Positions 11,703-24,912 are shown, numbered from the stretch's first letter. The stretch: DNA of 64,000 nt from Octopus vulgaris (GCA_951406725.2 OX597819.1:117738001-117802000); one strand, 5' to 3'. Made by a program: numbers and translations. Notes: generated by a model from the letters alone, not told the origin.

Positions 11703-12585
11703 TTGTGTTTGTGTTTGTGTGTGTGTGTATGTATGTATGTATATCCAGAGAGAGAGAGGGAGAGAGAGAGAGAGTGCGGAGAAGAAAACTTCTTGCGACA
11801 AAACGCGTGTACGAAAGAGAGTGAACACAGCGATATTAGCATAAGTGGCTTTTTGACATTGGTAATAAATCTGGGATACGGTATAAGTGGCCTGTTGAAG
11901 TAGGCAGAAGGATTTGCGACTTCAAAAAAAAACAAAAAATATATGCAATAAGAACATCTCGTCGCTGCGTGGGTTAAGCGAATACGAACATGATCTATGA
12001 GAGAGAGGAAGGTGATAGTACACTGTGGCAGGGCGAGAATTGAAAGAAGAAAAGATTCAATATCAATCGAGTGAAAGTGAGCAAAGGACTTTGAAACAAT
12101 AGAAATAATAGATTGTAAAAGAATATACAACATGAAAAAGAACTGGACAAAACTGGAGATAGGAAATGCACTGAGAATTAGCGACGAGAGAGGAGGGGAA
12201 GAGGCATGGGAAGGGAGAGTTGGTAAGGGGAACAGAATGGAAATGTGTAGATCTTTAAAGCAAAGAAATGTAATATGACACAAAACTTTGAGGTGAATGT
12301 TAACAAGGTGATGTAAAAGGAGAGAGATATAAATGTAATATACAGGTAAATGAACGTTAAGGAGAAAAGCCCCACGCTCACATGCACACGCACACACACA
12401 GAAACACAGTTATATCTAAATGTCTCTAGCATAATTTCCACGTTTCTCTCTCTCACTCGCTCTATATATCTTGTGGTAGATTTTTGTGTGTGTATGTGAG
12501 TGTGTGAGCGAGAGAAATTGACTATAACATGTGGACGGAACATTAGTATATATATATATATATGTGCGTGTGTGTGTGTGTGTGT

Positions 12586-12745
12586 GCAGGCGTGGGTGTC
12601 TGGAAACAAAATTGTTTCCAAATGGCATGGTTCCGTGTTCTGTGCCACGGTACCTTGGGCGAGTGTCTGCTACTATATCCTAAGGCCTGAAGCCAACCGG
12701 AGATTGTGAGTGGATCTCGTTGAATGAAACTCATTGAAACCCGTT
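12586..12745 (+). mobile_element. SINE family A, diverged 5' half
   Basis: GCAGGCGTGGGTGTCTGG...CCTTGGGCGAGTGTCTGCTACTATA...TTGTGAGTGGATCTCG. Confidence 0.7.
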
Positions 12746-12746
12746 T

Positions 12747-12786
<40 letters not shown>

Positions 12787-13496
12787 TAGAAAGAGAGAGA
12801 GAGCAAGAGAGACAGGGAGAGTGTCAGACATATTTACGTTCTTTATATATGTATATATATCCATATATGATATGTATATATATATATATATATACGTATA
12901 TACATATATATATACATATATGTATATACATATGTATATAGATATGTATTTATTTACGTATGTATATATTTATATATATGAGTGTGTGCGTGTTTATTTG
13001 TGTGTATGTGTATTTGTACATAAACACTCACACACACACATAGACACGCATATGCCTAAGTACTCATACATAACGTGAGATAAAAAGAGGCGAGAATAAC
13101 TGTTATATATATAGCAAAAATTTAGATTCAAATGAATATGGTACTTAATTTAGATGCACCAGAATTCTGTATGGTGCTATCCATACAAATCTGTGGGGTG
13201 ATTATAATCAAAATAAGCAACAAGAATGAGTCCGGTAATTTGGTACGATCGTTTCGTACTACATCATTTTATTAAATGTTGTAAGTATTACAACAGTTTT
13301 AAAATGCTGAGCACTCATCAGCCAATTATAGAGGTTTTCCATTAATACAAAAATTTTCATATCAAGGGGTAACATTACAGACTAGGTAGATATATAGACA
13401 AATATGTGGATTTAAATTTTAAGAACATTTGAGTTAGTGGAGCCCATCAACTGACTTAATATACATGCGTCTATGTAGGAGAATATACATATGAAC

Positions 13497-13552
<56 letters not shown>

Positions 13553-14858
13553 TCTGAATTATGATAGAATCTTTTCAGTCTTGACTTGTTTGTCTAGAAG
13601 AATATCTACACAGTAATATTATATTACTTATGTCCCCACCCGTTTTGTGCTATTTGACGTTGGTTTGTTAACTGCTTCTATAAAGATTCATAGAAATGCT
13701 CTGTTGTTGGCTATTTTCATCATTATTAGTTCAGATGTCTGGATTGTTAGAAAGAGTAAAATTTTGGCATCATATTAAATGAAATTGTCTTTCAAACTGC
13801 TACATCAAAATCTACAGTCTTCAAAATATATTCCAGAATTCCGAGGCATATTATAACCCGGCAACTTACTTTGAGGGAAATATTTATTGGTAAATTATAA
13901 ACGGTATATTTTATTCTTTCTTTTCAGTTTTCAAGGAACATTAACGGAGGAAACTCATCAAAATACACGAAATATATAAGTTTGTGGACGTTGACGCCAT
14001 ATGACGCGAGAGGAAAATAATAACCATTATTATTTTTGTTAAAACAGATAGCGCTGATAACTGGTTATTATTCAATATCTACATATATCAGCACATGAGC
14101 CAACTATCTGTGTTTAATTTAGGCACATAAAAATATTATCTGAAAATCATGAAATTTGTATTGTATTTTATGTACGAAATTATGTTTAATTGATTCACAT
14201 TTGTACAGATATTTCCCCTTTATTGTTCCTGTTACGGATATAAAAACAAGAAAAGCTGATATTAAAACTGCTGTGAGATGGTAGGGGTTATATATGAGCG
14301 CTAGAATGTAAAGAAATCAGAAAAAAAGCAATTAAAAATGAAGTCGAAATACGTGCTAACTTTTATAAGGAGAAATAATTAGTCGATTTATTAAATCAAA
14401 ATTTACCGATACATAACAAAAACACTGTTCATATTCATGGTGGAAATTAGAATAGTACAAAGTTGGGAAATACAGAGAAAATGGATGGGGATACGAGAGG
14501 AAATTCAATAGTTTTGACGATGAAATGAGAATAAAAATTTACTTCACTTATTTATCGATGCAAAACAACAAGGGTCAACGTAGGAAATGGTAAATCTTTA
14601 GAATATATGCATATAAAACTAGTGATAATGTAGTATATGTAAAATAATGATTAATATAAAACAATGTAACGTAATAGAGGTCACTAGAAAATTTGAAATA
14701 CCATATACTTGTATACCATGGCATTGTTCATTAAAATCCATGTGATGTACCTGTTATGGGACTTAGAAGTAATAGAATAATACATAGGCAGGACTCATCT
14801 GCTCGTAAGTTTCGGATTTGTGTGAGAACTGCTGAATGATGTTTATATATGCTTATAT

Positions 14859-15155
14859 GTGGAGGCGCAATGGCCCAGTGGTTAGGGCAGCGGACTCGCG
14901 GTCGTAGTATCGCGGTTTCGATTCCCAGACCGGACGTTGTGAGTGTTTATTGAGCGAAAACACATAAAAGCTCCACGAGGCTCCAACAGGGGGTGGTGAT
15001 CCCTGCTGTACTCTTTCACCACTCTTTCTCCCACTCTTTCTTCCGTTGGCCTGCTCGCTTAGCCAGCGGGGTGGCGTCATTCGAAGGCTAAAACAATGCG
15101 AACGCATTGTGACCAGCGATGTGTAACTAAATCTGATGGACTGGTCGGTTACGTG
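14859..15155 (+). mobile_element. tRNA-derived SINE family C, tail type 2, with 12-bp TSD
   Basis: A-box TGGCCCAGTGG, B-box GGTTTCGATTCCC; TSD ATATGCTTATAT at 14847-14858 and 15156-15167. Confidence 0.9.
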
Positions 15156-16304
15156 ATATGCTTATATATGGTGTTGATGTGCATAGCCAAAAAAATAGAT
15201 ACACGTTTAAACGTCCTTGAGTGGCTGTAATTGCCATTTACATGGTACTGTTTTTTACTTACCTCAGGCCAGACAAAATGCTTAACGGCATTTGGTTCAT
15301 CTGTTCGTTCAACAGAGGCCGTTTTAAATTAGCTTTTCGGGGTCGATAAAATGATCCCTAGTTCAGAACTACTGAGGTGAGTTGCTCCCTCTCACCTAAA
15401 ATTTCAGTTTTTGTGCCTATAGTAGGAAGGAATATATTTTTATTTATCTGTGATTTAATGAAACTCTTCGTAAGAACTAACCAGTCTTGTGAGTATGAAA
15501 TTATTCTAACATTAAATTTGCGTACACTCAAGGAAGTGGACATATCTAATTATTGTCTTGTTACTAAGCAGAGAAAATATTTGAATTCGTTGAAGTGTAT
15601 GACTTCATATTAAACGTCTGACCAGTTGAAATTGAAATTATTAATAACTACAAAACTCAGAGGTAAAGTAGGACTGTTCGTGTATGAAGTACTTTTATCT
15701 TGTTACAACCTACTTACTTTCAGATATATCCAATGTTTTTCAACACTGCTATTTTTTTTTATTTAGGCCTTCGCAGAATACATACTATTGTTTCGAAATT
15801 AATTATACTGCGACAATAGACTGACCCAGAGAGATTGACCTGATGAATAAATAAATAAATAGAAAGGAGAGTCGAGGAAAGAAGATGGCAGGCTAAAAGA
15901 TAAGGAGTGGTTCTAGACAAGTCATGAATATTTAAAGGCTTAGCGTGTTTATGTAGTATAGGAAAGAAAAACTATGTAGATAATTAGAAAAATGGGAATA
16001 ACATACATATACATACACTCCAACGTGAACATGTCCCTATACATACATAGGTAAATGATATATTCTATATATGCAACGAATATGTGGAAAAGTGAGTGCA
16101 CGTACACATATGTGTATCCCAAACGCATTTTAACATTCTTTATATTGTAATTCATACAAATTATATTTCCTACATTCTGATTAGCCGCATGCTTCATTTA
16201 TATCGTCTTTCTTTGATTATTCGTGGTGGTTATTTGATTGTTTCTGATAATATAAAAATGAAAATAATTTGAAATTACATAATTCCAATCCGGTAAAGGT
16301 ATAT

Positions 16305-16450
16305 ATAGGGAGAGTTTACGAAAAACAAACAAAAGGCGAAGACAGGTGGTGTGCAAAACAAACAGATGTATTAGTATAACGCTCAGGAATAGAAAAATGT
16401 CTTTTACGTTTCGAACCTACGCTCTTCTACAGAAAGGGACACAGAAAAAT
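16305..16450 (-). mobile_element. HHR-bearing short element family H2, copy 1
   Basis: Homologous to 40722-40937; TA flanks; reverse complement CUUU CUGUAGA A GAGC-GUAG-GUUC GAAA CGUA^AAAG at 16400-16437. Confidence 0.75.
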
Positions 16451-16585
16451 GTATATATATATATATATATATGTAATCACCCCACTTTGTCGTATGGTTA
16501 ACACCATATAGATTTCCGGTGCATCCTAGTTAAGGACCATATTCATGTGAATTCATTAGAACTCAGTTGAATCTCAATTACTTAA

Positions 16586-16684
<99 letters not shown>

Positions 16685-16687
16685 TAT

Positions 16688-16738
<51 letters not shown>

Positions 16739-16927
16739 GAGGTCTAGGCTTGAGTAGAAAGAACATAACAAGGAGGAAGAATTAGACGAAAGCAGAGCAA
16801 GCGGCAAACTAGACGAAAACACGAAAACTTAACGAACTAAACAAAAACACGCTACACGGTATATCCGCAGCTGATTCCCTCCTCAGTCGATTATATCGTT
16901 ACACATACACACACACACACACACACA

Positions 16928-16966
<39 letters not shown>

Positions 16967-17139
16967 ACACACACACACGTACACACACACACACATACAC
17001 ACATTTATATATATTTCTATATTGTATTAAGGATCGTGAGTTCGGCCAGAAAATTACGAGATATGCGAGTCGATATCTTTATGAGGTGACTGTGAAATGT
17101 GAGACTAGTAAAGAATGTAAAAGTATCAGAATAATTATA

Positions 17140-17331
17140 TAGGCGTAGGAGTGGCTGTGTGGTAAGTAGCTTGCTTACGAATCACATGATTCTGGGTTCA
17201 GTCCCACTGCATGGCACCTTGGGAAAGTGTCTTCTACTTTAGCCTCGCGCCGACCAAAGCCTTGTGAGTGGATTTGGTAGACGGAAACTGAAAGAAGCCC
17301 TTCGCATATATGTATATATATATATATGTGT

Positions 17332-17370
<39 letters not shown>

Positions 17371-17584
17371 TTTGTGTGTCTGTGTTTGCCCTCCCCCCCA
17401 ACATCACTTGGCAACCGATGCTGGTGTGTTTACGTCCCCGTAACTTAGCGGTTCGGCAAAAGACATCGATAGAATAAGTACTAGGCTTACAAAGAATAAG
17501 TCCCGGGGTCGATTTTCTCGACTAAATGCGGTGCTCCAGCATGGCCACAGGCACATGACTGAAACAAGTAAGAGTAAAAGAGTA
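17140..17584 (+). mobile_element. SINE family A, full length
   Basis: Close match to 148-565. Confidence 0.92.
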
Positions 17585-17654
17585 CTGAAGAAAAATGGTA
17601 ACGGTTGACGAGCAAACTGAAAGCATAATTCGGTAGAGTAACCTTTTTTCCTTT

Positions 17655-17840
17655 TGGTTCTTGGGCAGCAAATTTGAGATGTTAAGAAATAGATTTCAAC
17701 GATTCCAGTACGTAACTAATACGTTTAATTATCTTATCGACCCTAAAACAATGACGGGTAAAGTCTACCATGAAACCAGAATATAAAGACGGACGAAATA
17801 TCGCAGCTTATTTTTTTCGGCGTGGTAGCGATGCTGCTAG
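17655..17840 (-). mobile_element. SINE family B, highly diverged
   Basis: TATCGACCCTAAAACAATGACGGGTAAAGTC...AAGACGGACGAAATA. Confidence 0.55.
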
Positions 17841-18479
17841 GTAACCTCATTTTGGATAAAATAATAAAGAAATATAGCCAAGTTTTTTTTTCTGCTTATT
17901 CAAACTTTTATTTCTTGCTGTTTGTTTTTACATTTAATTAACATTTCGTATAAGCTTCAGAATTTTTATAGATTTTTATCAATTTTCCATTAGTGTGGCA
18001 AATGAAATATTTTTCAATATTTTCCTTAATTTCAATATTTATTTGATATTTTTATTCTATTTAAACTTACTTCTTTAATAAGTTTTCGATATTTTACCGT
18101 ATTTCCATTTCTCTATTTCTTCCTTTCCTTCTTCCTTATTTTTTCATTTCGTTTCCTCCCTCACTACAATTGCTTACCACTCCTAACTAATCTTTGAATT
18201 ACTGACCATTCTTCCAAATCAGCACCCCTGTAGCTATGAATACTTTTTGCTATTCAAACGCATGCCCACCCGATGCCATTATCCCTCTCAGAACACACTA
18301 TTTCTGCTCTTATTCCCGTCCACTCCTATATTTTTTACCTCCTTCACCTCTTTCGTGTTCACAGTTCTTTTCATATTGTTTTGCTTTATCTTCGCCTTTC
18401 AAATTTTACTTCCCCGTTTCCCATAACTCATATAGCTTTCACCATTTTAGCGTACGCCACGAACACTCACTGGCGCTCT

Positions 18480-18692
18480 CTCTGACCGTGTGTGTACCAT
18501 TGGCGATTTTTTCCTCCGTCTTCCTTTCCTTGGGTCTTTCCTTTCCCATGTTCCTCACGAAAAGCTCCGCGCTCGAAATGTTAAATCGTCCTTCTTTCTT
18601 TCCTCTCATGAGCGTTTAATAACACTATACTTGTTGCACGTCCTCGCGTTGATGTGCTTTCTCTTTGTGTTTTCATGTTTGGATTAACTAAC

Positions 18693-18694
<2 letters not shown>
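18480..18694 (+). mobile_element. H1 element copy 3 (degenerate HHR), possibly extending 5' through a pyrimidine-rich tract
   Basis: TGACCGTGTGTGTACCATTGGCGATTTT...CTCACGAAAAGCTCCGCGCTCGAAATGTTAAA...TTGGATTAACT then (TA)n. Confidence 0.75.
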
Positions 18695-18759
<65 letters not shown>

Positions 18760-18764
<5 letters not shown>

Positions 18765-18915
18765 TTGTTTCAGTCATATGATTGCGGCCATGCTGGAGTA
18801 TGGCCTTTAGTCAAAGAAATAGACACCAACACTTATTCTTTCTAAGTCTAGTACTTATTCTATTGGTTCTTTCATTCTTTCCGCCGAACCGCTAGTTAAG
18901 TGGGCATAAACACAT
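18760..18915 (-). mobile_element. SINE family A, 3' part
   Basis: TTGTTTCAGTCAT...GCGGCCATGCTGGAG...GCCGAACCGCTAG. Confidence 0.75.
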
Positions 18916-19035
18916 CCGAAAGGCGGAGTTTTATCATGACTATCGAATAATTGTCACTTTGTATTTATAGATAAATTCGTCTATTTACATAATATCGAGG
19001 TCTCTTTCATTGTTTTGTTGTCTTGTCATTTGTAT

Positions 19036-19085
<50 letters not shown>

Positions 19086-19356
19086 ACGATAGGCTTCATA
19101 TCTAGTCTGTTTCATTCACAAAGTCAGCCCCATTTAATTTTGTTCAGATTGTTTTCAATCTTGATATATCGATTCGGTTCTGAATTTTGATTACACTCAA
19201 GCAATTACATTTTCTTGTAAATTGAAGAATCTAATGTTATTTGGAATTAATGTTGGGAAAATTTGGGTAATTTGAGCCAGTCAAGAGACGGCAGGGCACG
19301 AACTGCTTATTATTACCATGACAACCGCACTTTGTATTGTATTTCTCTTCCCTCGC

Positions 19357-20777
19357 ACGTTGAGCTATATTTACTTCACCCACGTGTTTTGTTTTAATAA
19401 AAAATCATATTTATCATTTAGAATTCAATTGTAGACATTTTTCGTAAATTGTCTTAATATTTTACATATTTTTCATATATATTTTACATATATTTCGTGA
19501 ATTTTTTCTTCTGTGTTTACATTCATTGCAATGGATGGCTTTTAGTTTAAACCCAGGTCAGGTTAGAATGAACCGTTCTGTATATTTACTGAAGATGTAG
19601 AACATTTTTTAATGTGGTCTTCATTTTAAAAATGGTAGAGCATAGTGTGGGGGGGGATTTGGTTGTTATTTCTAGCAAATTGATCAACCATTACCCCATT
19701 GGATCATTTGCTGATGTGAATAAGTAAACAAACACTAAATGACGATCATTCCAAGATGATCATTCCAGTTGTGTATTCAACTGAACTGGTTACACATTCA
19801 ACTGGTACTTATTTTATCAATCTCCAAAGGATGAAAGGCAGTCTTCAAATCCAAATTCCATCTAGGTTGACTTAGCTCTTCATCCTTTGAGGATTGATAA
19901 AATAAGTACCAGTTAAATGTGTAACCAGTTCATTTCATCAGACAACTGGAATGATTATCCTTTAGTTTTTGTTTACTTATACATATCAGCAAATGAGCCA
20001 ATGATGTAGTGGGTGTTGAATTTGCTAGAAATAATAGCCAAATCTCCCTAACACTATGCTCTAACATTTAAAAAATAAAGAACACATTAAAATATGTCCT
20101 ACATCTTCAATAAAAATACAGAATTGTTCATTCTAGCCTGGCCTGAGTTTAGACTGAAAGGCCTTCGTTGCAACGAATGTAAACAGAAAATCTTCACGAA
20201 ATATAAGTAAAATATATATGAAAAATGCTTGTAAAATATGTAAAATCATCATCATCATTGTTCGACCGTGGTAGAGACAATGGAATTTACTATGCTACGC
20301 CAGACTTCACAGTCCATCATAGTATTACGGAGGTCCTGTTGCTGGATGCCTGTATCCTTGGAGATTACATCAGGGTAGGAGAGTGTGCACCCTCTGGTAT
20401 CGCGAGTAGATGGCTTCCAGAAGAGAAGAGTAGAAACTACCTCGTTTTCAGCTCTACAACAATGTCCAGCAAACTGGATTCTTCTAACTTTCACAAGATA
20501 TGACACAGGTGGTAGTTTTACATATATCTGTACTCTGGTTGGATGACGCTTCCACGAGAGATTTTGAGCTCTCATAAGGAGGCGAGTGTAAGTTCCATCC
20601 AACCGCTTCTCAAGCTTCTTTGATAACATCATGGTTTCTGAGCCATATCGTAGAATTGGTTCTCTTCTACATATGTAAAATATTAAGACAATCTGTTATC
20701 TACAATAATATTCTAATTGATAAATATACATTTTTATTAAAACAAAACACGCGGGTGAAATAAATTTAGCACAATGT
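19357..20777. mobile_element. large palindromic foldback/MITE with arms of about 480 bp, interrupted by an RTE
   Basis: Left end ACGTTGAGCTATATTTACTTCACCCACGTGTTTTGTTTTAATAAAAA is the reverse complement of the right end (TTTTTATTAAAACAAAACACGCGGGTGAAATAAATTTAGCACAATGT); homology continues to a centre near 19850. Confidence 0.85.
20247..20670 (-). mobile_element. 5'-truncated RTE-clade LINE with (GAT)n tail and 11-bp TSD
   Basis: EPILRYGSET...RLDGTYTRLLM...FAGHCCR...DCEVWRSIV; TSD ATATGTAAAAT at 20236-20246 and 20671-20681. Confidence 0.9.
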
Positions 20778-20909
20778 AAATAAAATCGCATGCACACTGG
20801 GTAGGGTATGCTGGATCATCTATAATAGGTCTAAGTTTTAAATCTTTTGGATGCTGAAATTTTATGCACTTACTTTCTTGTTCGTTTACTGCAGGCTGAA
20901 TATCTTTTG

Positions 20910-21235
20910 CAGCGTCGAAAGTGTTTGTAAGCCATTTAAGAAACACACAAAAGCCGTTCGATTCACTTCAAAATTTAAGTTTAATTCGGCAAAATATTTT
21001 CGTCGCTTTAAGACCGCGACCTGTTCCCTGACAACGGGTTTTTGTCAGTGAACAGTTCGCGGTCTTAAAGCGACGAAAATATTTTGACAACTTAAACTTA
21101 AATGTTGATGTGAATCGAACGGCTTTTGTGTGTTTCTTGAATGGCTTACAAACATCTTCCACGCTGCAATTGTTTTCGTTTCAGCACACGATCTCAGATC
21201 AAATCAATTGCTATGCAAGTACATCTCTGTAAAAA
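20910..21235 (+). mobile_element. hairpin retro-insertion with 13-bp TSD carrying inverted HHR motifs (family H3)
   Basis: TSD TGAATATCTTTTG at 20897-20909 and 21236-21248; inverted arms of about 125 bp (20907-21034 and 21042-21169) plus a unique 3' tail ending in an A-run. Confidence 0.85.
21042..21090 (+). ncRNA. hammerhead ribozyme motif with G3-C8 swapped core
   Basis: UUGUCA GUGAACA G(U)UCGC-GGUCUUAAA-GCGAC GAAA AUAU UU^UGACAA: 6-bp stem I, stem II, 1-bp stem III with palindromic AAUAUU. Confidence 0.65.
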
Positions 21236-21567
21236 TGAATATCTTTTGATTTATGTATTTTCAGTTAGCCGTAGAAGTAAATGGGTTTTGGTTTTAAATT
21301 AATGAGGCAGTCTCTTTCATTATCGGTAAGTGAGGTTTGGGGTTTTGAAACCAGGTTGTTGATTTTCTTCATGATGCGGTGGTCTACATTTGAAGGTATT
21401 TCACATTAGAAGTAGTGTCCTTCAGTTGGTCCTCAGCCAATTCCTTATAGTATACTGCATCCATAATAAAAGTGTGTGCTCACGTTTTGATTCGTCAATG
21501 CTGTTCAGATTAATCATATCCGGATATATTTATGCATAAGTAATCTTTGGACTACCTATACATAAAT

Positions 21568-21745
21568 ATGAAAACATAAAGAGAAAACAAAACAACGCGA
21601 GGCCGTGGAACAAGTATAGTATTATTGGATGCTCAGGAAAGAAGGAAAGAAGGAGTGTTTAACGTTTCGAGCGGAACTCTTCGTTAGAACATCGGAAACA
21701 AAGAAGGGAAGACGGAGGGAAAAAATCGCCAACGGTACACACGCG
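21568..21745 (-). mobile_element. H1 element copy 4 (core CUAACGA, G5A)
   Basis: Homologous to 3354-3551. Confidence 0.8.
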
Positions 21746-22956
21746 ATGCATATATGTACGTATATGGTGGAGTGTGCGTGTGTATCTGTGTGTGTGGGGA
21801 GGGATGCTTATGTGCATGTACCTCTCTATAATAATAGGTTTGTTCACTGGTTGTATGTTCCAGTCACGCTTTACATCTTATAACAAGATGGTGGAGAGAG
21901 AGAGAGAGAAGAGAGAGAGAGACAGAGAGACAGAGAAATACTGAAAGTCAGATACAATGACAGTGAACGTAAGTGATGTAGAATGAGTGATTTATAGATT
22001 TATGAAAATTATATATTGTTTTACTGAATTTTGCAGTCCAACATCATCTACTTATGGAATAGTAATTTCATATCGAAGAATCATTTTTATATACGTCGAA
22101 ACTACTTTTCAACAACCTGTTACAACCTTGCAATGTATATGCCGAATGTAGAGGAAGATATAATATCTGTCCTCATGCATTTAGAAACACACAGGTAGTA
22201 CAAGGTGAAACGTTGTTCTCTTGGATATTGTAGATGGGAAATTTCCTATGATACATATCGACACTTTTATATCGTTCGCCTATTTCATGATGCAAAATGG
22301 CATATCAGATGTAGTAAAACGTCTAAATGCCGAAACATGTCAGCCTTAACTTTAGCACTGTAAGTTCTCTTGATGTATCCTTCAACAAGACACATGCCTG
22401 AAACAAATGGCAAACACCTCTGAAAACTGATATAAATCAATATAGGATTTTGCCGATCATATTTATTTGAGACATTAAGATTAATATTAGAGATAGCAGC
22501 ACTCGGATACCAAATAAAGAAACCTCTGAAATGCCGCTCTTCAAACAATAATGCGTTGAAATTGATGGCAATCAGATTAACAAATATTATTAAAACCTTG
22601 ATATCTAATACTCAGTAAAAATGGCATAACATTATCTGATTCGCAACCATTTTCTTTACAGATTCAGTAACATATCTCTAAAACCTAACAAAACCAACAG
22701 CAAAAAAATCTGATTTCCTGCATAAACATATACCTACTAGATATTCCATCAAGGTTTTTGCTAATCAGAAATAACCTTATAGGGGTTTGCAGTTCTCCTC
22801 CAAGCCCCCCAAATCATACCGTATGTACACTAGATGCATTTCTCATTTCTAATGTGTCAAGACGCCATCATATATGAAACGTTTCCTCCATCATGTTGTC
22901 CGTGAATAATTTGTGTTAACACTATGTATGGGATTGAAAAATTACAATTTAAATTA

Positions 22957-23161
22957 CAGTAATCCCCCGCCATATTGCGGTTCATATAGCGCGGTTTATT
23001 ATTTAATCTTGCGTCAACTCCTCCGTGGTGTTCTTTTGCATTTATAAGAAAATAAAGATATACAAATTATAAAAATAATAAAAAAAATATAGAGTACAGT
23101 ACTATTTCTAATTCGCTGAGGTTTTTGGAACGTAACAACCGTGATAGTCGAGGCATTACTG
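22957..23161. mobile_element. pogo/Tigger-like MITE
   Basis: TA|CAGTAATCCCCCGCCATATTGCGG ... CCGTGATAGTCGAGGCATTACTG|TA imperfect TIRs with TA TSD. Confidence 0.75.
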
Positions 23162-23687
23162 TACTTCACTTCAGTGTACATTTCTTTGTGACAGGGAGAT
23201 AAAAGGATTATGAACAATTTTGTACTTCATCTGAAATTTGAAAATAACATTTTACTGCATTCAAAATATCAGTATTGAATGCATAGTTTGTATGAAATGA
23301 AAGATTCTCTAGCAAAGCAGAACTATTTGAGATATGAATAAACGCTGCAAGTAATATAATGCTGAAGAGAGATATGGAAAAATCCGCAAATACCTAAAAT
23401 GAATTTGAGCAAACTTTGAAAAATGTCGCCTACGTGAATATACATACAAGTAAAAATGAATGACCATACTCCTACCCCTGCAAACAGGTATGTAAATACA
23501 AATTATTTAATATAGTCAACGATGTATCTTTGTAAAAGCGCCACCTCAACATATCTAACTGATTCAAAACCACTTTTAACACATTCTTTGGCATCCAAGT
23601 TTAAACGTACTTTGTTGGATGTTCATACTTCCATATTAATTATTATAACATTATACAATACATACTTGTATCTGATTTATTTTTTAA

Positions 23688-24912
23688 TACACAAAACCGC
23701 AAAAGAAACACGATGTTTTGAAATGCATTTTTATACGGTAAAGTTTAAAAATTTATTTCTGCAATACAAGACATGCTGCTTTATGGCTGAGATCCTAAAT
23801 ACAGGTAACCTTTCAACTTACCCTGAAACAAGACGCTAAAATTACGTAGGTGGTAGCCGCAAACAACTGTCATGATAACCGAAATGCACGTGCATGTCGT
23901 AGAGGTTATGGGTTTAAAGATGTACTTGAACTGCGTTTCTGACATTCGTAATTTGAATGCATTAGGTATGACCCAAATGTCAGGAGAACAAGCTATCGGT
24001 CGACTGCAAGCAGGACAGCGTGCCCCGTTTGATGCGAAAGCTTACAACGCCCATGTCAGCACCATCTATTGCCTGCAACAGCGATACATCAGCAGCAGTA
24101 CTGCAGATCGCAGAGGGCGCCCCCGGGTGACGACGTCCAAGCAGGACCGCTTTATCCAACTGCAACATCTTCGTGATCGCTTCGGACCGGCCAGCGTGAC
24201 AGCTCGCGTTACCATTGGCACTGGACAGTGACCAATCAGCGACGACGCGGTACGACGGCGACTGTCCGTCAACAAACTTCGTTGCCGTCGTGCTCCAGGT
24301 AGGCCTGTCCTCACTGCCCGTCATCGTCAGGCACGGCTACAGTGGGCGATAGAGCACCGACATTGGTGACATCAACAATGGAGGTCGATAGTCTTCTCTG
24401 AAGAGAACCTGTACTGCGTTTCCATCTAGGAGGGTAGAGTGAGAGCGTGGCGTACGAGGGGCGAATGCTACAGAGACGAATGAGTCATGGAAAGAGACGC
24501 ATGGGGTGGCCAAAGCATCACTGGGATCCATGTGTTCCAAAATTTTGGTGCAGGCAGAAGGAATTGAACATGTGTGGGGTGAAATCCAGAGACGGCTAAA
24601 CCAGGTGGACTCAAGGCTGACAAATCGTGTGGAACTGGAAGCAGCTTTTCTCAGGGCGTGGGAACAGGTGCCAATAGCTTTTGTCAACTACTTCATGCAA
24701 TCCATGTACCAACGGTGTATGACCATTTTGAACAGCCAGGGAGGACATACACGGTATTGAACTTGTCGCCTACAATCTCAATATACTGTGGTTAAATTGC
24801 ATCCAGGAAATTCACTTTATCAGATTTATTAAAATTTATCTCTGACATAATGAAATTTAAACATATTTCACAGTCACACACGTTTCGTGTTTCTTTAATG
24901 GTATTCTTTATA
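23688..24912 (+). mobile_element. Tc1-like transposon relic with disrupted transposase (about 23968-24760)
   Basis: EQAIGRLQAG...GRPRVTT...QWRSIVFSEE...IEHVW...GGHTRY; stop codons and an internal deletion near 24510-24560; degenerate TIR core AAAGAAACACGA at both ends. Confidence 0.85.

Larger units (their letters stand above)
20780..21480 (-). pseudogene. Penelope-like element RT fragment, split by an insertion
   Basis: Reverse translation IMDAVYYKELAEDQLKD...YFYG*LKIHKSKD, then insertion, then IQPAVNEQESKCIKFQHPKDLKLRPII; matches the PLE FYGLPKIHK...LRPII motif. Confidence 0.8.

Noticed and set aside
11651-12397. 248-aa hydrophobic minus-strand ORF
   Set aside because: Antisense of a purine-rich low-complexity tract running into microsatellites; no recognisable motif
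14859-14935. Functional tRNA gene
   Set aside because: tRNA-like head continues into a SINE body with a TSD; acceptor stem is incomplete
16738-16902. Possible solo LTR or hammerhead (CUGAGGA on minus)
   Set aside because: No GAAA or stems at the right spacing, and no matching LTR end or TSD
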